Shown here: piece by piece, positions 12,501 to 26,818 of the stretch
Numbering within the stretch: the stretch's first letter is position 1
How the letters are laid out: every line of letters starts with the position of its first letter
Source of the DNA: Macrostomum hystrix
Lineage: Eukaryota > Animalia > Platyhelminthes
Direction: 5' to 3'
Assembly: GCA_950097015.1 (NCBI GenBank)
Contig: CATNEN010000003.1
Coordinates: forward strand, 15,748,001-15,812,000
DNA: 64,000 bases
Made by a program: the position numbers and the translations under genes
The notes under the pieces: generated by a model
Told to the model about the DNA's origin: nothing
Databases searched by the model: none
Seen by the model: the letters and a program-made list of their open reading frames with translations, nothing else

Positions 12501-15500
12501 AGAGGATTACAGATTCTTTAGAGGATTATAGATTCTTTAGAGGATTATCGATTATTTAGAGGATTATAGATACTTTAGAGGATTATAGATTCTTTAGAGG
12601 ATTATAGATTCTTTAGAGAATTATAGATTCTTTAGAGGATTATAGATTCTTTAGAGGATTATAGATTCTTTAGAGGATTATAGATTCTTTAGAGGATTAA
12701 TAGATGCTTTAGAGGATTATAGATTCTTTAGAGGATTATAGATTCTTTAGAGGATTAATAGATGCATTAGAGGATTATAGATTCTTTAGAGGATTATAGA
12801 TTATTTAGAGGATTATAGATTCTTTAGAGGATTATAGATTCTTTAGAGGATTAATAGATGCTTTAGAGGATTATAGATTCTTTAGAGGATTATAGATTAT
12901 TTAGAGAATTATAGATTCTTTAGAGGATTATAGATTCTTTAGAGGATTATAGATTCTTTAGAGGATTATAGATTCTTTAGAGGATTATAGATTCTTTAGA
13001 GGATTATAGATTCTTTAGAGGATTATAGATTCTTTAGAGGATTATCGATTCTTTAGAGGATTATAGATTCTTTAGAGGATTATAGATTCTTTAGAGGATT
13101 ATAGATGCTTTAGAGGATTAGAGATTCTTTAGAGGATTATAGATTCTTTAGAGGATTATAGATTCTTTAGAGGATTATAGATTCTTTAGAGGATTATCGA
13201 TTCTTTAGAGGATTATAGATTCTTTAGAGGATTATAGATTCTTTAGTGGATTATAGATTCTTTAGAGGATTATCGATTCTTTAGAGGATTATAGATTCTT
13301 TAGAGGATTAATAGATGCTTTAGAGGATTATAGATTCTTTAGAGGATTATAGATTCTTTAGAGGATTAATAGATGCTTTAGAGGATTAGAGATTCTTTAG
13401 AGGATTATAGATTCTTTAGAGGATTATAGATTCTTTAGAGGATTATAGAATCTTTAGAGGATTATCGATTCTTTAGAGGATTATAGATTCTTTAGAGGAT
13501 TAATAGATGCTTTAGAGGATTATAGATTCTTTAGAGGATTATCGATTCTTTAGAGGATTATAGATTCTTTAGAGGATTATAGATTCTTTAGAGGATTATA
13601 GATTCTTTAGAGGATTATAGATTCTTTAGAGGATTATAGATTCTTTAGAGGATTATAGATTCTTTAGAGGATTATACATTCTTTAGAGGATTATAGATGC
13701 TTTAGAGGATTATAGATTCCTTAGAGGATTATCGATTATTTAGAGGATTATAGATTCTTTAGAGGATTATAGATTCTTTAGAGGAATACATTCTTTAGAG
13801 GATTATAGATTATTTAGAGGATTATAGATGCTTTAGAGGATTATAGATTCTTTTGAGGATTATAGATTCTTTAGAGGATTATAGATTCTTTAGAGGATTA
13901 TCGATTATTTAGAGGATTATAGATTCCTTAGAGGATTATCGATTATTTAGAGGATTATATATTCTTTAGAGGATTATAGATTCTTTAGAGGAATACATTC
14001 TTTAGAGGATTATAGATTATTTAGAGGATTATAGATTATTTAGAGGATTATAGATGCTTTAGAGGATTATACTCGTAGATTCTTTAGAGGATTATCAATT
14101 ATTTAGAGGATTTTAGATTCTTTAGAGGATTATACTCGTAGATTCTTTAGAGGATTATCAATTATTTAGAGGATTATAGATTCTTTAGAGGATTAATAGA
14201 TGCTTTAGAGGATTATAGATTCTTTAGAGGATTATAGATGCTTTAGAGGATTACAGATTCTTTAGAGGATTATAGATTCTTTAGAGGATTATCGATTATT
14301 TAGAGGATTATAGATACTTTAGAGGATTATAGATTCTTTAGAGGATTATAGATTCTTTAGAGAATTATAGATTCTTTAGAGGATTATAGATTCTTTAGAG
14401 GATTATAGATTCTTTAGAGGATTATAGATTCTTTAGAGGATTAATAGATGCTTTAGAGGATTATAGATTCTTTAGAGGATTATAGATTCTTTAGAGGATT
14501 AATAGATGCATTAGAGGATTATAGATTCTTTAGAGGATTATAGATTATTTAGAGGATTATAGATTCTTTAGAGGATTATAGATTCTTTAGAGGATTAATA
14601 GATGCTTTAGAGGATTATAGATTCTTTAGAGGATTATAGATTATTTAGAGAATTATAGATTCTTTAGAGGATTATAGATTCTTTAGAGGATTATAGATTC
14701 TTTAGAGGATTATAGATTCTTTAGAGGATTATAGATTATTTAGAGGATTATAGATTCTTTAGAGAATTATAGATTCTTTAGAGGATTATAGATTCTTTAG
14801 AGGATTATAGATTCTTTAGAGGATTACAGATTCTTTAGAGAATTATAGATTCTTTAGAGAATTATAGATTCTTTAGAGGATTATAGATTCTTTAGAGAAT
14901 TATAGATTCTTTAGAGGATTATAGATGCTTTAGAGGATTATAGATTCTTTAGAGGATTATAGATTCTTTAAAGAATTATAGATTCTTTAGAGGATTATAG
15001 ATTCTTTAGAGGATTATAGATTCTTTAGAGGATTATAGATGCTTTAGAGGATTATAGATTCTTTAGAGGATTATAGATTCTTTAGAGGATTATAGATTCT
15101 TTAGAGGATTATAGATGCTTTAGAGGATTATAGATTCTTTAGAGAATTATAGATTCTTTAGAGGATTATAGATGCTTTAGAGGATTATAGATTCTTTAGA
15201 GGATTATAGATTCTTTAGAGGATTATAGATGCTTTAGAGGATTATAGATTCTTTAGAGGATTATAGATTCTTTAGAGGATTATAGATTCTTTAGAGGATT
15301 ATCGATTATCTAGAGGATTATAGATTCTTTAGTGGATTATAGATTCTTTAGAGGATTATAGATTCTTTAGAGAATTATAGATTCTTTAGAGAATTATAGA
15401 TGCTTTAGAGGATTATAGATGCTTTAGAGAATTATAGATGCTTTAGAGGATTATAGATTCTTTAGAGGATTATAGATTCTTTAGAGGATTATAGATGCTT

Positions 15501-18500
15501 TAGAGGATTATAGATGCTTTAGAGGATTATAGATGCTTTAGAGGATTATAGATGCTTTAGAGGATTATAGATTCTTTAGAGGATTATAGATTCTTTAGAG
15601 GATTATCGATTATCTAGAGGATTATAGATTCTTTAGAGGATTATAGATTCTTTAGAGGATTATAGATTCTTTAGAGAATTATAGATTCTTTAGAGAATTA
15701 TAGATGCTTTAGAGGATTATAGATGCTTTAGAGAATTATAGATGCTTTAGAGGATTATATATTCTTTAGAGGATTATAGATTCTTTAGAGGATTATAGAT
15801 GCTTTAGAGGATTATAGATTCTTTAGAGGATTATAGATGCTTTAGAGGATTATAGATGCTTTAGAGGATTATAGATGCTTTAGAGGATTATAGATGCTTT
15901 AGAGGATTATAGATGCTTTAGAGGATTATAGATGCTTTAGAGGATTATAGATGCTTTAGAGGATTATAGATGCTTTAGAGGATTATAGATGCTTTAGAGG
16001 ATTATAGATGCTTTAGAGGATTATAGATGCTTTAGAGGATTATAGATGCTTTAGAGGATTATAGATTCTTTAGAGGATTATAGATGCTTTAGAGGATTAT
16101 AGATTCTTTAGAGGATTATAGATGCTTTAGAGGATTATAGATGCTTTAGAGGATTATAGATGCTTTAGAGGATTATAGATTCTTTAGAGGATTATAGATT
16201 CTTTAGAGGATTATAGATTATCTAGAGAATTATAGATTCTTTAGAGGATTATAGATGCTTTAGAGGATTATAGATGCTTTAGAGGATTATCGATTCTTTA
16301 GAGGATTATAGATTCTTTAGAGGATTATAGATTCTTTAGAGAATTATAGATGCTTTAGAGGATTATAGATGCTTTAGAGGATTATAGATTCTTTAGAGGA
16401 TTATCGATTATCTAGAGGATTATAGATTCTTTAGAGGATTATAGATACTTTAGAGGATTATAGATTCTTTAGAGGATTATAGATTCTTTAGAGGATTATA
16501 GATGCTTTAGAGGATTATAGATTCTTTAGAGGATTATAGATTCTTTAGAGGATTATAGATGCTTTAGAGGATTATAGATGCTTTAGAGGATTATAGATGC
16601 TTTAGAGGATTATAGATGCTTTAGAGGATTATAGATTCTTTAGAGGATTATAGATTCTTTAGAGGATTATAGATTCTTTAGAGGATTATAGATTATCTAG
16701 AGGATTATAGATTCTTTAGAGGATTATAGATTCTTTAGAGGATTATAGATTCTTTAGAGGATTATAGATGCTTTAGAGGATTATATATTCTTTAGAGGAT
16801 TATAGATTCTTTAGAGGATTATAGATTCTTTAGAGGATTATAGATGCTTTAGAGGATTATAGATGCTTTAGAGGATTATAGATGCTTTAGAGGATTATAG
16901 ATGCTTTAGAGGATTATAGATGCTTTAGAGGATTATAGATTCTTTAGAGGATTATAGATGCTTTAGAGGATTATAGATGCTTTAGAGGATTATAGATGCT
17001 TTAGAGGATTATAGATGCTTTAGAGGATTATAGATGCTTTAGAGGATTATAGATGCTTTAGAGGATTATAGATGCTTTAGAGGATTATAGATTCTTTAGA
17101 GGATTATAGATTCTTTAGAGGATTATAGATTATCTAGAGGATTATAGATTCTTTAGAGGATTATAGATTCTTTAGAGGATTATAGATTCTTTAGAGGATT
17201 ATAGATGCTTTAGAGGATTATATATTCTTTAGAGGATTATAGATTCTTTAGAGGATTATAGATTCTTTAGAGGATTATAGATGCTTTAGAGGATTATAGA
17301 TGCTTTAGAGGATTATAGATTCTTTAGAGGATTATAGATTCTTTAGAGGATTATAGATTCTTTAGAGGATTATAGATTCTTTAGAGGATTATAGATTATC
17401 TAGAGGATTATAGATTCTTTAGAGGATTATAGATGCTTTAGAGGATTATAGATTCTTTAGAGGATTATAGATTCTTTAGAGGATTATAGATTCTTTAGAG
17501 GATTATAGATTCTTTAGTGGATTATAGATGCTTTAGAGGATTATAGATTCTTTAGAGGATTATAGATTCTTTAGTGGATTATAGATTCTTTAGAGGATTA
17601 TCGATTCTTTAGAGGATTATAGATTCTTTAGAGGATTATAGATTCTTTAGAGGATTATAGATTCTTTAGAGGATTATAGATTCTTTAGAGGATTATAGAT
17701 TCTTTAGAGGATTATCGATTCTTTAGAGGATTATCGATTCTTTAGAGGATTATAGATTATTTAGAGGATTATAGATTCTTTAGTGGATTATAGATTCTTT
17801 AGTGGATTATAGATTCTTTAGAGGATTATAGATCCTTTAGAGGATTATCGATTCTTTAGAGGATTATAGATGCTTTAGAGGATTATAGATGCTTTAGAGG
17901 ATTATAGATCCTTTAGAGGATTATAGATTCTTTAGAGGATTATAGATTCTTTAGAGGATTATAGATTCTTTAGAGAATTATAGATGCTTTAGAGGATTAT
18001 AGATCCTTTAGAGGATTATAGATGGTTTAGAGGATTATAGATTCTTTAGAGGATTATAGATGCTTTAGAGGATTATAGATACTTTAGAGAATTATAGATT
18101 CTTTAGAGGATTATAGATTCTTTAGAGGATTATAGATGCTTTAGAGGATTATAGATTCTTTAGAGGATTATAGATGCTTTAGAGGATTATAGATTCTTTA
18201 GAGGATTATAGATGCTTTAGAGGATTATAGATTATTTAGAGGATTATAGATTCTTTAGAGGATTATAGATCCTTTAGAGGATTATAGATTCTTTAGAGGA
18301 TTATAGATCCTTTAGAGGATTATAGATTCTTTAGAGGATTATAGATTCTTTAGAGGATTATAGATTCTTTAGAGGATTATAGATTCTTTAGAGGATTATA
18401 GATTCTTTAGAGGATTATAGATTCTTTAGAGGATTATAGATTCTTTAGAGGATTATAGATTCTTTAGAGGATTATAGATTCTTTAGAGGATTATAGATTC

Positions 18501-19410
18501 TTTAGAGGATTATCGATTCTTTAGAGGATTATAGATTCTTTAGAGGATTATAGATTCTTTAGAGGATTATAGATTCTTTAGAGGATTATCGATTCTTTAG
18601 AGGATTATAGATTCTTTAGAGGATTATCGATTATTTAGAGGATTATCGATTATTTAGAGGATTATAGATGCTTTAGAGGATTATAGATTCTTTAGAGGAT
18701 TATAGATTCTTTAGAGGATTATAGATTCTTTAGAGGATTATAGATTCTTTAGAGGATTATCGATTCTTTAGAGGATTATAGATTCTTTAGAGGATTATAG
18801 ATTCTTTAGAGGATTATCGATTCTTTAGAGGATTATAGATTCTTTAGAGGATTATAGATTCTTTAGAGGATTATCGATTCTTTAGAGGATTATAGATTCT
18901 TTAGAGGATTATCGATTCTTTAGAGGATTATCGATTCTTTAGAGGATTATAGATGCTTTAGAGGATTATAGATGCTTTAGAGGATTATAGATGCTTTAGA
19001 GGATTATAGATGCTTTAGAGGATTATAGATTCTTTAGAGGATTATAGATTCTTTAGAGGATTATAGATGCTTTAGAGGATTATCGATTATTTAGAGGATT
19101 AGAGATTCTTTAGAGGATTATAGATTCTTTAGAGGATTATAGATTCTTTAGAGGATTATAGATTCTTAAGAGGATTATAGATTCTTTAGAGGATTATAGA
19201 TTCTTTAGAGGATTATCGATTCTTTAGAGGATTATAGATTCTTTAGAGGATTATAGATGCTTTAGAGGATTATCGATTATTTAGAGGATTATAGATTCTT
19301 TAGAGGATTATAGATTCTTTAGAGGATTATAGATTCTTTAGAGGATTATAGATTCTTTAAAGGATTATAGATTCTTAAGAGGATTATAGATTCTTAAGTG
19401 GATTATCGAC
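9570..19410. repeat. ~9.8-kb 19-bp satellite (AGAGGATTATAGATTCTTT), ~500 copies with higher-order structure
   Basis: direct periodicity; variants GATGC, CGATTA, CTCGT insertion. Confidence 0.98.
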
Positions 19411-19819
19411 AATCCAGAGGACTTTAGCTTATTGAGAAGTATCTAGCTAGCCATAGCTTATCGCCAATCTCAAGAACCACTCTTTTACGATCAATTAATA
19501 AAAAATTCCGATTGAAACTTTTCTAAAGCTTTTTTCTAACGCATCCTTTCAGTCTCAAATGGGCTTACTCAACATTGAGCCAACTTTTTTGAGCTTCTAT
19601 AGTACAGGTACGCTTTTAGTTAGTCTCTCATGTTAGGGCACGTTTGCTGCCGGAAGCTGGTTTGTGCTGTCTTCTTCTAATAATGGAGTTGGTTAAGCGT
19701 ATCAGTTCGCGTGTCATTTTCAATTGCTTCTAGTAGAATAATCTTCTAGTATACTAATAGGCCCTTCAGGATGTCGGGTAGTCTCACAAAAGTACAACTA
19801 AGCACAACAGCCACATTCT

Positions 19820-21076
19820 AAGAATCGAAAGTGATGAAAGTCAGTTTCTAAGAATCATAGATTATGAGACTCAGTTTCTATCAATCATAGATGGTGAGAG
19901 TCAGTTTCTATCAATCATAGATGGTGAGAGTCAATTTCTATCAATCATAGATGGTGAGAGTCAATTTCTATCAATCATAGATGATGAGAGTCAGTTTCTA
20001 TCAATCATAGATGGTGAGAGTCAGTTTTTATCAACCATAGATGGTGAGAGTCAATTTCTATCAATCATAGATGGTGAGAGTCAGTTTCTATCAATCATAG
20101 ATAGTGAGAGTCAGTTTCTATCAATCATAGATAGTAAGAGTCAGTTTCTATCAATCATAGATAATGAGACTCAGTTTCTATCAATCATAGATAATGAGAC
20201 TCAGTTTCTATCAATCATAGATAGTGAGAGTCAGTTTCTATCAATTGTTTATGATGAGAGTCAGTTTCTAAGAATGAGAGTCAGATTCTAAGACTAGAAG
20301 GTGATGAAAGTCAGATTCTAAGAATTGAAGGTGATGAAAGTCAGATTCTAAGAATTGAAGGTGATGAAAGTCAGATTCTAAGAATTGAAGGTGATGAAAG
20401 TCAGATTCTAAGACTAGAAGGTGATGAAAGTCAGATTCTAAGAATTGAAGGTGATGAAAGTCAGATTCTAAGAATCGTAGGTGATGAAAGTCAGATTCTA
20501 AGAATCGAAGGTGATGAAAGTCAGATTCTAAGAATCGAAGGTGATGAAAGTCAGATTCTAAGAATCGAAGGTGATGAAAGTCAGATTCTAAGAATCGAAG
20601 GTGATGAAAGTCAGATTCTAAGAATCGAAGGTGATGAAAGTCAGATTCTAAGAATCGAAGGTGATGAAAGTCAGATTCTAAGAATCGAAGGTGATGAAAG
20701 TCAGATTCTAAGAATCGAAGGTGATGAAAGTCAGATTCTAAGAATCGAAGGTGATGAAAGTCAGATTCTAAGAATCGAAGGTGATGAAAGTCAGATTCTA
20801 AGAATCGAAGGTGATGAAAGTCAGATTCTAAGAATCGAAGGTGATGAAAGTCAGATTCTAAGAATCGAAGGTGATGAAAGTTAGAATCGAAGAACCGAAG
20901 GTGATGAAAGTTAGAATCGAAGAATCGAAGGTGATGAAAGTCAGATTTTAAGAATAGAAGGTGATGGAGGTCAGATTCTAGGAACCGTAGGTATAGGAAG
21001 TCAGATTCTAAGAATCGTAGGTGATGAAAGTCAGATTCTAAGAATCGTAGGTGATGGAGGTCAGATTCTAAGAATC
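19820..21076 (+). repeat. 30-bp minisatellite, two sub-blocks (ATCATAGATGGTGAGAGTCAGTTTCTATCA; GTGATGAAAGTCAGATTCTAAGAATCGAAG)
   Basis: direct periodicity. Confidence 0.96.
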
Positions 21077-21499
21077 TTCGTTCTGCTCCGGTAGAGTCTC
21101 GTTCACAATTGCTGAAAGATTTTAAATGATGAAAATATTTAATAAAACTTGAGCTAATTGAGCCAAGTCGCGTTTAAAAAAAAACTATTTTCTGATCGAC
21201 CAATGTCTCCGCTTAATATTAGAGTTTTGAGTATGTAAGTTGCTGTGAGCTTGATCCTGTTTTCATCAGTCGGTTTGGTTGGACCAGTTTTTGCAACACA
21301 ATCGAGCGTTCTATCGCGTGCTGTAGCTTGACAAGGAAAATAATAGACCTTGGATTGAGAAAGAATATTCTTAGAGGGTAGAAATTCAAACAAAAAATGA
21401 AAATTTCTTCTTACTGGAAAGACGCAGCATTTCAATGATTCATTGAAAGGAGAAAAGCACAATGGACACATATTCCATTATAGCAAACATATAGCTTTC

Positions 21500-21667
21500 T
21501 AATTGCATATGACTGGTATCTTTGCCAGGGGTTTTTCAACAGATGCTGGTACCCATTTAACAGCTGGTGGAGCAATGAAGCAACTGAATTAAGTGACTGG
21601 CTTGGAGTGGAGAATCGAACCCCCGACCTTAAGGTCGTCAGTTCGACGCACTATTCATTAGGCTATA
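21500..21667 (-). mobile_element. CORE-like SINE (family B) copy with internal deletion
   Basis: Minus strand TAGCCTAATG..GGGGGTTCGATTCTCC..CACTTAATTCAGTTGCTTCATTGCTCCACCAGCTGTTAAATGGGTACC. Confidence 0.7.
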
Positions 21668-22489
21668 AACTCTTTTTTATAACAGTCTAGAAGTCATTTA
21701 AAAGTACTCATGCAATCTTCGAAAAAAATGTAAGTTCGAGACTACATTACTATGTCCATATGACAAGATGCTAGATATAGAAGTCCATGCTTAAGCTTGG
21801 TTTTAATAGATTTGTTTTTTTAACTGAAATTCCGCACACGAAAATTATCTAGCACCACCATCTGGTCTTCTGAGTTTTCTGAATAATTTAGAATCTTTTG
21901 TACTATTGGTCCGTCTTTTCGATTTTGCTAAATTTGAGAAAATAATGCGACAGCTGTGAGCAGCAAAGTTCGCTATTCTCAAGCTTTTACGATACTGCTC
22001 AAAGACTTCCTGAGCTGGTCTAATCTTTTAATTGGAATTTTAACGCACTCGCCAATTTTTTTGCGTTCTGTCGTTTACTCTCTTAATCAAAGAAATCTCG
22101 ATTGTCTATCTTTAAAGTGATTGATTGACAGGCGCCAAAAAGCAAAATCGATGGCTTCTTCGTTTTCCGTTCCTTTGAATGAGGTTGAAAAAAGGTTTCA
22201 GATTGGGATTGACGGACAAAAAATGCCAGGGTCTACGAAAGTTTTGTTGTGATTCCAATTACAGTCTAAAATGGAAATGGATTAACACAATTTAACACTT
22301 TACAAATTAATGACTTGAAAAATGCATTCAACTTTGCATTAATAACTTTGAATAATGGGATTCAGCCATAGACAAAATATTATCGTATGTTTCGGATTCG
22401 GATTCGGCAAGGAATTCTGAAATTGGCATCTAAGATAACACAACTAACTAGATATTAGCATAGACATCGATAAATATTTTTCCTAAAGT

Positions 22490-24365
22490 GAACTACTTTT
22501 ATCACCTACGATTCTTATAAAATGGCTCTCATCAACAACGATTCTTAGAAAATGACTCTCATCAACAACGATTCTTAGAAAATGACTCTCATCAACAACG
22601 ATTCTTAGAAAATGGCTCTCATCAACAACGATTCTTAGAAAATGACTCTCATCAACAACGATTCTTAGAAAATGACTCTCATCAACAACGATTCTTAGAA
22701 AATGACTCTCATCAACAACGATTCTTAGAAAATGACTCTCATCAACAACGATTCTTAGAAAATGACTCTCATCAACAACGATTCTTAGAAAATGACTCTC
22801 ATCAACAACGATTCTTAGAAAATGACTCTCATCAACAACGATTCTTAGAAAATGACTCTCATCAACAACGATTCTTAGAAAATGACTCTCATCAACAACG
22901 ATTCTTAGAAAATGACTCTCATCAACAACAATTCTTAGAAAATGACTCTCATCAACAACGATTCCTAGAAAATGGCTCTCATCAACAACGATTCTTAGAA
23001 TTTGACTCTCATCAACAACGATTCTTAGAAAATGGCTCTCATCAACTTCGATTTTTAGAAACTGACTATTATCACCTACGATTCTTAGAAACTGACTCTC
23101 ATCAACAACGATTCTTAGAAAATGACTCTCATCAACAACGATTCTTAGAAAATGACTCTCATCAACAACGATTCTTAGAAAATGACTCTCATCAACAACG
23201 ATTCTTAGAAAATGACTCTCATCAACAACGATTCTTAGAAAATTACTCTCATCAACTAAGATTATTAGAAAATGACTCTCATCACCTAAGATTCTTAGAA
23301 ACTGACTCTTATCACCTAAGATTTATAGAAACTGACTCTCATCAAGTTTTGTTTCTTAGAAACTGACTCTCATCACCTTCGATTCTTAGACAATGTCTCT
23401 TATCACCTTCGATTCTTTGAAACTGACTCTTATCACCTTCGATTCTTAGAAACTGACTCTCATCACCTAAGATTCTTAGAAAATGTCTCTTATCACCTTC
23501 GATTCTTAGAAACTGACTCTTATCACCTTCGATTCTTAGAAACTGACTCTTATCACCTACGATTCTTAGAAACTGACTCTCAACACCTTCGATTCTTAGA
23601 AACTGACTCTCATCACCTACGATTCTTAGAAACTGACTCTCATCACCTACGATTCTTAGAAACTGACTCTCATCACCTACGATTCATAGAAACTGACTCT
23701 CATCACCTTCGATTCTTAGAAACTGACTCTCATCACCTTCGATTCTTAGAAACTGACTCTTATCACCTACGATTCTTAGAAACTGACTCTCATCACCTTA
23801 GATTCTTAGAAACTGACTCTCATCACCTAAGATTCTTAGAAACTGACTCTCATCACCTAAGATTTATAGAAACTGACTCTCATCACCTAAGATTTATAGA
23901 AACTGACTCTCATCACCTAAGATTTATAGAAACTGACTCTCATCAAGTTTTGTTTCTTAGAAACTGACTCTCATCAAGTTTTGTTTCTTAGAAACTGACT
24001 CTCATCAAGTTTTGTTTCTTAGAAACTGACTCTCATCAAGTTTTGTTTCTTAGAAACTGACTCTCATCAAGTTTTGTTTCTTAGAAACTGACTCTCATCA
24101 AGTTTTGTTTCTTAGAAACTGACTCTCATCAAGTTTTGTTTCTTAGAAACTGACTCTCATCAAGTTTTGTTTCTTAGAAACTGACTCTCATCAAGTTTTG
24201 TTTCTTAGAAACTGACTCTCATCAAGTTTTGTTTCTTAGAAACTGACTCTCATCAAGTTTTGTTTCTTAGAAACTGACTCTCATCAAGTTTTGTTTCTTA
24301 GAAACTGACTTTCATCAAGTTTTGTTTCTTAGAAACTGACTCTCATCAAGTTCAGATTCTTAGAA
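22490..24365 (-). repeat. 30/31-bp minisatellite, reverse complement of the 19.8-21.1 kb family, three sub-blocks
   Basis: unit CATCACCTTCGATTCTTAGAAACTGACTCT is nearly the reverse complement of the upstream unit. Confidence 0.96.
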
Positions 24366-24935
24366 AAAAAATTCTAAGCTTCTTAGAAACTGACTGCCTA
24401 ATCAATGAAGTGAATTATTATTATGTGACTATTAAAGTTTCCATTCCATGTGAGCTAATTTTACTTCCATTAAGGCATGACTTGATTCTCAGTAAAAATT
24501 GTTTGAACAGCCAAAGTTAACTCAATCGATAGATGTGTTTTAGTGTGATGTGAAATTAGGCAAATTATATTTGCTGGTTAGGTGACAAAATCTGCATTGG
24601 CCAGGCCTGGCAAACTGAATAAAGTGGGTCGGCGCACACTTAGCTCAGTAATCAGTAATCAGCCACCAGATTTGTTCAGCAGAGAATTTTATTTCTATTG
24701 AGTAACTTGTAAGCAAATTGAGTAAATTGACAATTCAATTATGCTGCATTCACCTAGCCTTTGTCACATTGCAGTTTGCCAACTGTGCAGTCAATGGCTT
24801 ATGTATTAATACTGCGCTGAACTTATATTATAGTGTGTACACCTGTCAACACGAACTACATTTGATCTGTTTCATACGAGCTGTTTACATTAGATATTAA
24901 TATTTCGATAAATTATTTCGATTACAAAGTAGATT

Positions 24936-25600
24936 AACTAATTGTGTCCGTATCCTACGGAAACCAAAACTAATTGTGTCCCTATCCTACGGAAACTAAA
25001 ACTAATTGTGTCCCTATCCTACGGAAACTAAAACTAATTGTGTCCCTATCCTACGGTAACTAAAACTAATTGTGTCCCTATCCTACGGTAACTAAAACAA
25101 ATTGTGTCCCTATCCTACGGAAACTAAAACTAATTGTGTCCCTATCCTACGGTAACTAAAACTAATTGTGTCCCTATCCTACGGAAACTAAAACTAATTG
25201 TGTCCCTATCCTACGGTAACTAAAACTAATTGTGTCCCTATCCTACGGTAACTAAAACTAATTGTGTCCCTATCCTACGGAAACTAAAACTAATTGTGTC
25301 CGTATCCTACGGTAACTAAAACTAATTGTGTCCCTATCCTACGGTAACTAAAACTAATTGTGTCCCTATCCTACGGAAACTAAAACTAATTGTGTCCCTA
25401 TCCTACGGTAACTAAAACTAATTGTGTCCCTATCCTACGGTAACTAAAACTAATTGTGTCCCTATCCTACGGAAACTAAAACTAATTGTGTCCGTATCCT
25501 ACGGAAACTAAAACTAATTGTGTCCCTATCCTACGGAAACTAAAACTAATTGTGTCCGTATCCTACGGAAACTAAAACTAGTGGTGTCCCTTTCCTTAGG
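24936..25600. repeat. 32-bp minisatellite (AAACTAATTGTGTCCCTATCCTACGGWAACTA), ~20 copies
   Basis: direct periodicity. Confidence 0.97.
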
Positions 25601-26029
25601 TAGATAAACTTTGCGGCCGTTAGAACAAAATAAAAAAGTCGAAAGTGCATTTGATCAGTAGGGGAATATTCAGTGTGACAGCAATCGGGTGGGTTGGACG
25701 AGTTGCTTGGCGGACCAGAAATATTTGACAGAATTGAGATGAGACGAGAGGGCGCAATTTCATCATCGATCTTTCAACTAGAGAAAAAAAGCTGGCTTGT
25801 AAACTAATTCTCCGACATTCAACTCAGTCAATCACTGCACTTTTACATATAATACGCGCTGACGCGAGTCCGACGGCCACACGACGTCGACCTCGTTGTA
25901 AAACTAATTTCTTTCTCTTTCCAAATGAACACTTTGATAGAACTCGTTCATCCGTACGTGGAAAACTTGCACTTTAAGAAAGCGAGTTGACTTATTTATG
26001 AAATAGAGAGATAAGAGTCGGGAGGAATG

Positions 26030-26818
26030 AGACAGAGAGAGATAAGACTGGGGAGAGATGAGACACGGGAGAGATGAGACACGGGAGAGATGAGACACGG
26101 TAGAGATGAGACACGGTAGAGATGAGACACGGTAGAGATGAGACACGGTAGAGATGAGACACGGGAGAGATGAGACACGGGAGAGATGAGACACGGGAGA
26201 GATGAGACACGGGAGAGATGAGACACGGGAGAGATGAGACACGGGAGAGATGAGACACGGTAGAGATGAGACACGGTAGAGATGAGACACGGGAGAGATG
26301 AGACACGGGAGAGATGAGACACGGTAGAGATGAGACACGGGAGAGATGAGACACGGTAGAGATGAGACACGGTAGAGATGAGACACGGGAGAGATGAGAC
26401 ACGGGAGAGATGAGACACGGGAGAGATGAGACACGGTAGAGATGAGACACGGTAGAGATGAGACACGGTAGAGATGAGACACGGGAGAGATGAGACACGG
26501 TAGAGATGAGACACGGGAGAGATGAGACACGGGAGAGATGAGACACGGTAGAGATGAGACACGGGAGAGATGAGACACGGTAGAGATGAGACACGGGAGA
26601 GATGAGACACGGTAGAGATGAGACACGGTAGAGATGAGACACGGGAAAGATAAGACACGGGAGAGATAAGACACGGGAGAGATGAGACACGGTAGAGATG
26701 AGACACGGGAGAGATGAGACACGGTAGAGATGAGACACGGTAGAGATGAGACACGGGAAAGATAAGACACGGGAGAGATAAGACACGGGAGAGATGAGAC
26801 ACGGGAGGGATGAGACAA
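26030..26818. repeat. 16-bp minisatellite (AGAGATGAGACACGGK), ~48 copies
   Basis: direct periodicity. Confidence 0.97.

Noticed and set aside
9570-19410. Telomeric repeat or telomerase-added tract
   Set aside because: The 19-bp unit is unlike known metazoan telomere repeats, and the array is internal with degenerate edges on both sides.
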